DNA of 59,984 nucleotides, counting the filler, from Hausera hauseri (Eukaryota), in assembly GCA_046269625.1 (NCBI GenBank). It is 10 parts of 10 records of this genome, joined end to end, with 100 filler letters (N's around TTAATTAATTAA, not from the genome) between each part and the next. Parts side by side here need not be neighbours in the genome. Positions count along the whole stretch, not along the records: positions 23,614 to 27,886 come from JBJURY010664774.1; positions 27,987 to 32,356 come from JBJURY010613222.1; positions 32,457 to 51,388 come from JBJURY010133316.1; 7 more parts are not named here. One strand, given 5' to 3'. Each line of letters starts with the position of its first letter. Position 1 is the first letter of the stretch. Below are positions 24,946 to 36,400 of this stretch, piece by piece. Position numbers and translations under genes: made by a program. The notes beneath the pieces were generated by a model, which made no database searches, was not told the DNA's origin, and saw only the letters and a list, made by a program, of their open reading frames with translations.

Positions 24946-25895
24946 AAGGTAATCCCAGACAGAACCTACGGAGCTTTCCTAAATTCGAAGGAGTTAGTAC
25001 ACGATATAGGAAACATTTCCGTTCATATTCTCCACCAAGGAATGTCGAGATCATGCCAAAGTGGAACTATCAGATAACGATACAAGGGTTAAAACCCGAG
25101 AAAATGGAAGAAAAAATGTCCACGAACGAGAAGCCTAGCACTAATTTTGCAGCCAAGGCAACCGAAAATTGTAGCAAATTTAAGGTACCAGAGATTCCTA
25201 AAAAGCGCATTAAAAAGGAAGAAAAGAACCAAGGCGACAACAAGGAGAAAATGATAAAGAAAAATTTCCGTCTTCGATTATTTATTCAAGAAAAAAATAA
25301 AGGAGAGGAAAAGGGACCGGAGGAAAAACATCATTTGGACAAAAAAGATTCAAGACTTAAGTCAACCGACAAGCCAAGAATACAAGACGAAGGATCAGCG
25401 AAATCAACTGCACAATCCTATATTGAGAAGTCTACAAAGATACCGAACAAACGGAAGGAGCAGATAACGGGAATAAATATATTACGTAAGAAGAACTCTA
25501 TGGATGACATACATTATGCCACTGCGGAGGATTATCCTAGAATGCCAGTAGCGACAGAGTACTACAGTAAACAAAAGATTAAGGAGGCGATGTTTTTCAT
25601 CAGATTAATGCCCGCAAGACAGGTATACGAGAACACTTACGTCTGGGAGAATCCTAAGGTCGGAAAATACATTGCACCGATATTTCAGTCGAAAAGAAAT
25701 GGCAAGTTTCTAGTTCCCGTGGATAAATCTGTAAAATTGCTACTCAAGAAACAATATCACGAATACCGATCGACTGGTGAAGTTCCCGATTTAGATCGAG
25801 ATACTATAAGCGATTGGACTCTAATACCTGTAGGATGCGATCCTAACAAAAGTTCCATAAATCCGAAGCAAAAAAGAATATATGCCTATTTATAG
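24939..25895 (+). CDS. Lys-rich linker plus unknown globular domain, in frame with the downstream RING
   Basis: 318-aa ORF; same frame as 25911-26360, separated by one TAG. Confidence 0.5.
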   Translation: MLKGNPRQNLRSFPKFEGVSTRYRKHFRSYSPPRNVEIMPKWNYQITIQGLKPEKMEEKMSTNEKPSTNFAAKATENCSKFKVPEIPKKRIKKEEKNQGDNKEKMIKKNFRLRLFIQEKNKGEEKGPEEKHHLDKKDSRLKSTDKPRIQDEGSAKSTAQSYIEKSTKIPNKRKEQITGINILRKKNSMDDIHYATAEDYPRMPVATEYYSKQKIKEAMFFIRLMPARQVYENTYVWENPKVGKYIAPIFQSKRNGKFLVPVDKSVKLLLKKQYHEYRSTGEVPDLDRDTISDWTLIPVGCDPNKSSINPKQKRIYAYL

Positions 25896-25910
25896 CAGGA
25901 TAAGGAAGGA

Positions 25911-26360
25911 TTGATAATAGAACCTATCGAGATTATGATAAGGGTTGACTTGGACGACGAAAATTGTGAGAAAGAAAAGAATGAATGCCCGGTATGCGAG
26001 ACAAATTTGAAACAAGGACATGTAGTACTAAATTACCCTGATTGCCGACACAAATATTGCAGAGACTGCTCAGAGAAATGGACATTGGATGATGGAAAAA
26101 CCACATGTCCCGTATGCAGAGCTGAGGCCACCGACTTGAAATACTACTCAAATGGTAGTTATACCAGAGTGGTTAGAATAAAACCCTATCATAGTTACGA
26201 ATTGGAAACAAATCCAAGAGAAACCCAGCCGAGTACCAGTTCTGGACCCAGTTTGAGACAACGTATGGAACTATTACGTTCACCCCATTCTCACGGCACC
26301 TTTCCTGACGCAAAGGGCAATCCGAGAATGCCGCTCAAGGAGGAGAAATGTTGTAAATAG
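25911..26360 (+). CDS. C3HC4 RING finger protein (putative E3 ligase)
   Basis: CPVC-x15-CRH-KYCRDC-SEKW-x8-CPVCR. Confidence 0.85.
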   Translation: MIIEPIEIMIRVDLDDENCEKEKNECPVCETNLKQGHVVLNYPDCRHKYCRDCSEKWTLDDGKTTCPVCRAEATDLKYYSNGSYTRVVRIKPYHSYELETNPRETQPSTSSGPSLRQRMELLRSPHSHGTFPDAKGNPRMPLKEEKCCK

Positions 26361-27886
26361 CCGCAAACGGAACCGACAGTGGACTAACGCTGTAAATAAT
26401 TGATTAGAATTTAAATAAATTATGCATTATATCATTGTAATTAGACTGCGAAGTTGCTGTATTAGAAATATATTATTGTAGAACTAGCCGTAAAAAGAAT
26501 GAATTATATATAGCCAAAAAGGAAATTTAATTCTAAAGTAATGTATAGAATAAAGAAAAATGGAATGTCAAATTAATAAATCATTGCACCTGGAGATATA
26601 TAAGGAGAGAAGATTGGCAGAAAGTTGAAGTTGAAATTGTTTGAGAACGTTACGAAAATTTGCTTTAGACCAGCGAATCGTATTGCTGAATTAGCCTGAG
26701 ACGTCAGAATTGTTCTTACATTGGAAACGCTGACTATTGATTTCGTGAAAAACTTTCTTATAAAGACTTTATTCGTGATCATCGATATCTGAGACTTGGT
26801 AATTGTTATTCAATATATTTTTGTTTGTATAAACTTTTCTCAGTTTTTCTTCGCCCCTTAAGTGTGATTTGACGACATTAAGGTTAATTTTGTTACTTAA
26901 CTTATATAGTTAAGAGAGGGCATTAATAATTATCGCACAGGACCACAAGAAATTACCCGCATAGTAATTAAAAATCGTTAAGGTACATTTTGTCTATTCG
27001 ATAACGGTAGACCTTACGTGCATTAAGGTACTCAAATTTCAAGTGCAATTATTTTTATATAGAGGGAGTTGAATAAGGGCCACCCCAATATATAACATGT
27101 TGTTCCATATTACCTTTATTTATAGTTGTTATATACATCTATATTTTCCCCACCATTAAGGCAGAAGGACTAAAAATGCAATAAAAAATTTAAAAAATAA
27201 ATTGAAAAAGTGTATTTTTCAAAGACCATGTGGAGTACATTGACAACACAAATTACAACAATCAAACGGATTACAACATTGGCATTGGATAGAGCAGAAA
27301 CATTTAAGGCAGCAGCAAAATACAGGACAAGAAACACAGCAGTATATAGCACAAATGAGTCCGAATATGATGAGAAACATGGCGCCTAAAATACGAAATT
27401 TATTTCATAAAAAGTTTCGAAAAGAATACCGGATTGTAGAAAAATTAGTAAAAAATTAATAATAATCAAAATTGTTGATGTGATGCTTACGTCGGATGAA
27501 ACAACTTCGGTGACGTTTGAAAAAACTTGAACGCATTGACCGGCCGTACTTGTTATTGTGTCAATATCCATGTTGACGAGTATGGTCTAGTAGAATTTGT
27601 GGAGCTATTTATTCAATGCATTGCATCATTTGATAAAATTGAGGAAATAGTCATATTAAAATTATTTGTCATTGATATTGAACTCCTTGCAAAATTCTGG
27701 TTCCATTCCAGGGAACATCACTATCAAAATGTAATGAATTAAAATTTTTCCAACGAATCCGTAATAACTCAACTGGGGCTTTAAAATGTGACAGTTTTTC
27801 ACACTTGTTCAAATTTCTCCCACTATGTTTAGAAATTTTAAACTTTGACGAAATTTGACGAAATATTCGATTTATGGTTCAGTTGT

Positions 27887-27986
27887 NNNNNNNNNNNNNN
27901 NNNNNNNNNNNNNNNNNNNNNNNNNNNNNNTTAATTAATTAANNNNNNNNNNNNNNNNNNNNNNNNNNNNNNNNNNNNNNNNNNNN
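27887..27986. other. Artificial contig spacer
   Basis: Same structure. Confidence 0.98.
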
Positions 27987-30900
27987 TCCGGAGAAGTATG
28001 GATCCCGGTCGATGAAAACATTCCGCCTAGAACGGAATTGTTAATATTTGCACAGATTTATCAAGACGGCAATATACCAGTATACCTTGAACCAAAAGAA
28101 ACGTTAAACCCGAATATAATATTGAGCAATAAATTAACCCTGGTAGCATTCGGTCGAATACCTGTAAGAATAGTGAACAATGCTCAGACTCCAGTGAAGT
28201 TATATGCTAACACGACTCTAGGACATACTTATAAAGTATCAGCAATAACGGTTGAAGAGAAACCGTATAAGTATGCTGAATTTCCACCACACGTCGATAC
28301 GAAGTTTTCACCAGAAGCTTATTGCCAGTTGTACGAATTGTTATGTCGATATAAATCGATCATTGCGAAAAACGAAGAAGACATAGGCAGAGCAAAAACG
28401 TTAAAATTAACTATACCACTTAAGAAAAAACCTGGTTCCAATGATGAAATCAATCTAGAGGAACAGAAAATGCCAAAATGATATCCGCCGCCGCATTCCC
28501 TAAGGCCGGAAATAACCAAGGAGGTTGAATGTATGTTAAAGGCTGATATAATTCGACAAAGTTTTAGATCTTGGTATTCACCTATTCTAATGGTCAAAAA
28601 GAAAGGTACAACGAAACATCGATTTTGTATCGATTATAGAGCATTAAATACTCTCATGATAAAGGATTCTTTGCCCTTACCATCTGTGAAAGAGGCCCTA
28701 GATAGGCTGTCAGGAGCAAAATGGTTTACCACTCTGGACTTACAATCTGGATATTGGCGAGTAGAAGGTGAAGATGAAGATCGTTACAAAACAATGTTTA
28801 AAACCAGCCATATTTACCAGGATGACAAATAAAATGCTAATAGGACTCAAACATGCATTTGCGTACTTAGATGACGTAACTATCGCATCGAAAGACAAAA
28901 AGGAACATCTGACGGACATTGAGGACACACTTGTGAGATTAGAACATACTGGGTTGAAACTAAACCCGAAGAAATGCAAATGGGCTCAGAATTTCTTATC
29001 CTACCTTGGCCATATAGTTGAAGAGAAAGGATCGAAGCCAGACAAATCATTGTTGAACAAATTTTCAGACTGCATGGAACCCTAGAACCAAAAAAAACAA
29101 AGACATTGGTTAGGCTTATGCAGGTACGCCGCTTACGTACCGAACAACTCAAAAATGAATGCGCCAATATACCGATTATTAAAAAAGGGTACAAAATGGA
29201 GATGCACCGACTTTGAACGAAAGGCGTTCGATGAAGTGAATATACAAATCAGAGAACCAGTACTGAGATACCCTGACTTTAGTTTACCGTTTATTATTAA
29301 AACAGATGCAAGTAAAGAAGGTATCGGATATGAAATGTCACAAAAAAGCGAGGACGAAGAACTCGGACATCCAATAACTTATGGGGGACGTTCCCTAAAG
29401 AAATCTGAGAAAAACTATTCAATGACAGAATTAGAAACGTTAGCAGTAAAAGAAGCCTTGAAACATTTGAACGTCTATGTATATGGAGAGAGGATAATAA
29501 TAGTTACAGACCACAAAGCTGTTACAACTTTAAAGAGACGAGCAAATAACCCTACTCGTAGGTTAAATAGATGGATCGAAGAAATCTCAAGGTATAATAT
29601 TAAATTCAAATATAAGCCTGGTGCGAAGCATGTTGGTGCGGATGCGTTGTCAAGACTGAAGAAAAGAACAAGTGCTATAATGACAATGAAGAAAAACCAG
29701 CTCGAAGAGTTAATAAACCGATAACGAACTTTAGCGTTAGATGAAGCAATTACAATTACGACCGAGCAAAAGAGGGATCAAGTTATCCAACAAATCATTG
29801 AATATGCTGAAGCAAACGTAATGCCAAAATGACACCAATTAATAAAACATTTACAACGACATGGACATAAATATCGTGTCTACGAGAGAAAAAATAATGA
29901 GAAAGTACTGTATTACGAACGAAAAGGAAGGAAGTTAGTATTTATACCCAAAAACTTACGAACAGAGGTTTTAATGGTCGAGCACGATTCATATTTGGCT
30001 TGACACATGTCCTGAAAGAAAACGTTAAATAGGACGCTAAACAAATTCTATTGGCCTAGTACATATATATTGATGTGAAAATTGGGTAAGCGCTTACAAA
30101 GTATATGCAAACAAGCAATGCGGAATTACATAGCAGAGCTGAAGCCGATCACTGTACCAGCCAGGCCGATGCAAGCTATATCAATGAACATCGTAGGACC
30201 GCTACCCACGTCGCATAGAAACAACAGATACATACTAACATACGTCGACCATTTAACTCACTTCGTGAAGTTAGTGGCATTATATGATCGAAAAGCAGAA
30301 GCCTTAACCGAAGCTGTGGTAAGAAAATTTTTTTGTAGATACGGACCTCCATATCAGATACTCACTGGTCAATAGAAAAATTTTACCAGTGAATTATTCG
30401 ATAAGATCACAAAAATATTCAAAATTGAAAGAATGACTACAACAGCCTACCATCCTTAATGTAACAGAATGGTTGAACGAATGAATGCTACCGTTAAACG
30501 GATATTATCAACCGTAGTCGCAAAAGATCAAAAGGATTGGGACAAATTCCTAGAAGGCATGCAATTTTCCATAAATACGACGCCTCATCCCGCGACATAG
30601 TTCACACCATTTTTTATGATGTTTGGACGAGAAGCAATATTACTTACGTTCTTAGGAATGATTCAGTATGAAGTAAACTTCGAAGAGTTAGAACCGAATT
30701 TTGTAGAAGTCCTACAAATTAGATTGCAAAAATGTTGGGATATAGCGAAGATATTATCCCAAGAATATCAAGAAGGATTCAAAAGACAATTTGACCAAAA
30801 GGCAAAACCGCACGATTTAAGAAACGGAGATTGAGTTTACGTGCACTATCACGTAGATAAGAAAGGTACATTGTTAAAACTCACGCGCATTAGAAGAGGA

Positions 30901-31000
30901 CCTTACGAAGTTGTCAGAACAACCCCCACTACCGTTTATGTCAATAAAAATGGAAAGGAAGAGGTCATATCAATACAGCGAGTCGTGAAAACGGAAACAA
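27987..31000 (+). mobile_element. Ty3/gypsy pol pseudogene (RT, RNase H, integrase, GPY/F)
   Basis: SPILMVKKK..RFCIDYRALN, FTTLDLQSGYW, AYLDD, KLNPKKC, YLGH; TDASKEGIG, NYSMTELETLAV, TDHKA, RLNRW, ADALSR; integrase IVGPLP, YVDHLT, TTAYHP, VERMN; GPYEVV; stops and frameshifts. Confidence 0.95.
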
Positions 31001-31099
31001 GGCCAGATAAGCGAAACCAATTTTATTTAAGGGACGTGAAAACGAACCAAAAACCGAATTGCGGAAAAGTCAAAACCTCGTCTATAGTTACCAGGCCCA

Positions 31100-32356
31100 T
31101 ATCGTACATACCGATAGTCTTAGCACTATCACTTATAGGTTCATATATTCCGGAAACCAAGGGTCAAGGAGGATTGATTCAAGGACTAAACAAATGGATG
31201 AAGCATGAATTGATAAGAATAAAAAGGAACGACTTAAGCACCTTAGACTGTTTCAAAGTTCAAAGTAGAGATCAAAGACGAAATTGTGTGCTATTTAAGA
31301 CGGACGGAACCGTTAGAAAATAAGTAAAATATCAAGTAGTTCTATGGAACGCGAATAAACAAGTAACGAGCCATTGTGATCTTCCTTGTGGGTCCCAGAA
31401 GGATGTTGTGTCATAAATTATGGGAACATTTATATCTTCGCAATACGAATGTACTACAAAAACTACGAAAGCACACAAGGAACGATAAGACCGCATGGAA
31501 AATTAGTAATAACCACCAGAGTACGGTTCAATGCAACAGAAATCAGTGGCATAGTACAGTCAACCGATACAATAAAATGGGTGTTGAATGAAAACATAAT
31601 TGTTATTTCAAAAAATAAGTAAAACAAATGTATCCAAATAGATACAAAATGGAAATTGCCAAGCCACCAAGACATCTCAACCCAGTTTACCAAAATAAAA
31701 GAGTTAAGTCCAATTCCCAATTATTGTAGAGTAAAGAACACAGATCTTAGGATCTGTTGTAAAATCTCAAAAGGCTATGAATATAGGATTCATTTTGACC
31801 TTTACGGAACTCAGGAAGATATTATCAGGACAATAGAATCTGGAAAATTGCGATCGAAACGACGACGACGAGACAGACTGTTCCATTAAGCACCACTCTC
31901 ATATTTACTACAACAAAGAAATTATAAAAAGAAAATTACTTAAGATTCCTGTAAAATTTTGGGTACAGAAACATAAAATAGTATTTTCGGTAGAAGAAAA
32001 GCGCCAATATGACGTCGAAATAAATTGCCGTATGATGTATAGACACATAAAAACAACCCTACTGAAATACACATACCACACAGAATGCAACTCATTAATA
32101 TCAAAGACCGACTATATAATACAAATATATGCAAAATACCTACAGAGTCAAACCTTCACAATACAAACTCTCTAGGAAATACAAGTAGCATCACATGCAA
32201 ACAAAGACATGAGACATGATACAACTATAGATATAGTTACTAGAAAACCCAAAGACCTGACTACTTTGCCTATTATAATGATTGCAAACCTGTCAACATT
32301 CGTACTTATAATATGTCTTGAGACTTTTCAATTAGTCACAAAAAATTGTCAGTATA
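31100..32356 (+). pseudogene. Env-like region in frame after integrase: signal-like segment, furin-type sites, Cys-rich domains, C-terminal TM
   Basis: YIPIVLALSLIGSYIPETKG is in the same ORF as GPYEVV; RIKR (31216) and RSKRRRR (31851); TM PIIMIANLSTFVLIICLETF. Confidence 0.6.
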
Positions 32357-32456
32357 NNNNNNNNNNNNNNNNNNNNNNNNNNNNNNNNNNNNNNNNNNNN
32401 TTAATTAATTAANNNNNNNNNNNNNNNNNNNNNNNNNNNNNNNNNNNNNNNNNNNN
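32357..32456. other. Artificial contig spacer
   Basis: Same structure. Confidence 0.98.
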
Positions 32457-33432
32457 CTTTTTTATTTATATCGTATTTTTGTGCTTCGTATTTGTAGGAT
32501 ATTACCACTTTACCTCCCATTAAAATATTTTTACACAGAAATTTAGGCAGTACATGGTTAACGCCGAAGATTCAAATATTTTTAATATTTACTAAGACGT
32601 TTGGCATTTTAAATTTTGCACAATACGTGTATTAACTGTCCGGGGAATTATTCTTGTGTATTTATGATATTGTATAACTGGGACGAAATTTTGGTTGAAA
32701 AAAGAAACCAAAATTTTATGAAATTTCAAAATTTCTCTAAACATTAGGAGGAAAATTGAAGAAGTGCAAAATGACATAACATTTAGAAGCCCATATTTCA
32801 TAATCATAAAATTGTTTCCAAAAATTGTTTCTAAAACACCTTTTGAATTAAAAGGGACAAATGAGTAAACACGTCATTTATGATGTTTAAATATTGATGT
32901 ATGAATTAGTATGTTATGAAAAATGATACACATTCAAAACTATTGCTAAGTTAATATTTGTATGTATTCTGCAATGAAATCTACCGAATAAATTGACAAA
33001 ATCAATCGATATACACACAAACAAATTTGTAAGCGGTACCTTTAGTGCACACTTAAATCATATACAAACATAATTGCCGAATTTTGGGTTTAACTAAATT
33101 GATAAGACTATTCAGCATTTCAAATTATGTTAACGGTAAACTCAAACACGAAGGTGAGTTTCTACGTAAAGAAGACTTATTTACACGTAGTTTTAAGTTA
33201 GCAAACTGTCCTTAATTCCCAATTCCAAATGGAGCTACTCGTACTAAGTAATTAGTCTGTTGAGTCACGTGAGCAGACACACAGTCACCTTACGAACTCA
33301 AATTACGTTACAATGGACATCACTGCAGAGACGTGAAGTAATATTCTACTGACTGTAAACAGCAATATATTTCAAATTATTTTCTTATTTCTATGCAGTA
33401 AATGTTATTACGGTTACAAATAACTGGTCTAG

Positions 33433-36400
33433 TCAGTACGAGAATGCAGAGACAAGATATTCATCGGTCTTATCGGAATGGAGCATATGATGTCTGATCA
33501 ACGGCAACGAATCGACGCGGTCCCCGGAAAACGTCTTAATAGAACTTACCGAATCCAGTGTTCTATTGGACTGGGATTGATCGGTGGCATTACTGTTGAG
33601 ATACTGCAGAGCTTTGACGATTACTTTCAACGTATCTTTGCTCGAGCTTGGGCATGTGTCGAGAACTTGAATAATTTTCTCTAAAGACTCGCTATGTACA
33701 CTTTGTAAATTGCGATCCATTTTCTTCAGAACTTCAATGCAAAGCAAATTGAGATCGTTAGTGTAGTTTTCATTAAGATTAGTACAGGTGAACGGACTCT
33801 CATCTGTCGAGAATGTTGTCGTTGTATTGGTCGTTTCATTGTAGGGAATTAGAGGTTCACTCACCCAACGTTTCTCCACATGTTCATATCCTGTGAAATT
33901 ATCACCAGCCGACGTTGTTTGAACATACGTTGAACTCTTACTCAGCACACTTGTTCGTGATGCGTTACTCAACACTGTCATTACAGATGTGGGACAGCGG
34001 CAGGTGGACACGGATTTGTCTGACTCATCTAACGGACTTGTTGCAATTAACGGTGGTTTATGTTTGGCAGAACTTTTGCATTTCTTAATCAGACCCATAA
34101 TTCGACCTTTTAATTCCATTAGGAACACAGCCCGCTGATCGTTTTGTTTAGTTCGTTGGTGATTGTCGTTTGATGATTTGCGATGCTTGAATGATTTGAA
34201 CAATCTTCCTAATCGGCTTTTCTTTTTTGGCAATCGTTTTAGTGAAATCGGCAGCTGGACCGTGGCTTTCTCGGGTGCCTCAAGAACAATTCGGTGGGGT
34301 CGTGAGAAGCAGAAAGAATTGTCGTTTTGAGTTTGAATCGTTGCTACTGCCTCCATACTGTTTGAGAATTCTTGCAACTGGCAATTTTCGAATTGATCAA
34401 ATAGCAACGGGAGCAGTCGGATCAGCCCGTGTTTTACTTGGCGAGCTTGAGAATCGGTGAGGAATAAAATTCCATATTTGCTAAGTGCATACTGTTTGTT
34501 TTTGACTGGACAACCATATGGGAATTCCGATAGGGGTATGATCTTCACCATAAGGTGCTCTGCTTGTTTGTTGGATGCTGAATTGTTAAGGCAATTGTTT
34601 CCGTGGTTTTCTATGAATATGGGCATGTTCTGAGTAGACTCAGAAATTGGAGAACATCGTTGGGAAAAAAATCCTTGATTGTTCTTTGATTGCCATTTTG
34701 ACGATTTGCTCCTTACTCTATGCAATGATTCGGTGAATGGATTCGAGATAGATGGTCTTGTATCCATTGATGAATCGATTTTCCTAGTTTCTCTATCCTT
34801 ACTAGCGGAAAGTCGTATATCATTTTCTGCTTCATTGAATTCTAGTTCATCGTCTCTCTTAGACAAAAACACTATGTCATTTACTTCGTCATCTTGTCTC
34901 TTATCTGCTGCTTTTTCTTCAACTTTGTCAGAGTGGGAAGCTAACCCCAAACTCTGTCGTTTCACAGAAGTAACATAAGCATCCATATCCGACGGTGTTC
35001 GGTAGTTTCTTCGTAATTCTGATTCAGTTTGATCAGCAGTACGAACTTTAACCTTTTTACTAGACTTTCTGGAAGATCCGCTTTTGCTAGAATGAATTTT
35101 CACAGAACAGGGTTCCTTTTCTTTGGATGTATTACTTATGATTGCACTTTCGGCTTTTGGAATATCATCTTCAAAACCATCAGAAGCATTACTTACGAAC
35201 GATTCGGTATTTCTTGGTATTACTGAAAACTTCCTTCGTCTATCAATAAAGCTTTTATTATGCGGCTTCTTCGGATTTTTCACCGCTCCGGATTGTAATG
35301 AAAACGTGCCAACTGGGTCCGCTATATCATCTTGGTTATCGTCAAGATCGATTAAGTTTTGACTGCCACTTACACTTCTTACTGATCTGCTTTCTTGGAT
35401 TTTATGTTGACTCTTTCTACCCTCCGATAGGGAATGACGATCTTTCACAGGTGGGACAGAACTGCGTTCATTGGGCAAATCAAACGGACTAGGACCTGCT
35501 TGGTAGGTTAAATCCTTCATTATTAGGCTGGCTCTGTTATCGGCAGTTGTTCGTGAAGTAACAGATGGATGTTTAGTATCATCAAATACATTCAGACCGA
35601 TCATTTGTGGCTCCTGTGGAATACTTTTTCTACTTTCATGAACCGATCCGCGGGGTTCTTCTTCTAAAAGAAAATTATGTAGTTCGGGCCCGTTTGTCCT
35701 CATGCTACCCACGTTTTTAGTTTCATTGATTGATTTTCTACTTTCTTCCACAAGAAACTGATCTAATCCCTGCTCGTTAGTTCTTATGCTGGTAACGTTT
35801 ATAATTTCATTGATTGATTGCCTTTGTTCTCCTGGTACAAACGGATCTGGTTCAAACCCGCTCGGTCTTAAACTACCCATTTTTCTTAGTTCGTCCATCG
35901 ACTTTCTAGTTTCTTCGGAAATTAATTGATCTGACCCACGCCCACTAGTTCGTATACTACCCATTTTTCTTAGTTCATCCAGTGATTTTCGAGATTCCTG
36001 TGAAATCAATTGATCCAATGCTTGAGCACTAGTTCTCACACTGCCCCCTGGTCTCGTTTCGTCTATAACAACTGGTTCTAATCCATACCCGCTAGTTCTT
36101 GTACTACTCGATTTTCGTTCTTCTGGGGCGAGATTCTGGAGCTGATCAAATTCGATTTGCCTACTTTGCCTCACTTTACTTTCAGCAATTGAATGTCGAA
36201 CGTCTTGTGATGTTTCTCTTGCTAAACGACTTATCTTATTCGCAATAGAACGCTGGTCACTTTGCCGCACATCGCCAATTCGACTGTTGAGAATCGATTG
36301 TTTTTCGTAAGCATTTTGGTCTTCTGACGCGATAATATTATGCCTATCTAATTCGACTTTTCTTTGACTCATTTTACTTTCAACTGTTGAATGTCGAATG

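Noticed and set aside
18418-32356. A single hybrid element combining PolB, exonuclease, RING and retroviral integrase
   Set aside because: The parts lie on separate contigs; the integrase belongs to a gypsy pol with RT and RNase H, and only the env-TM overlap gives a sequence-based link
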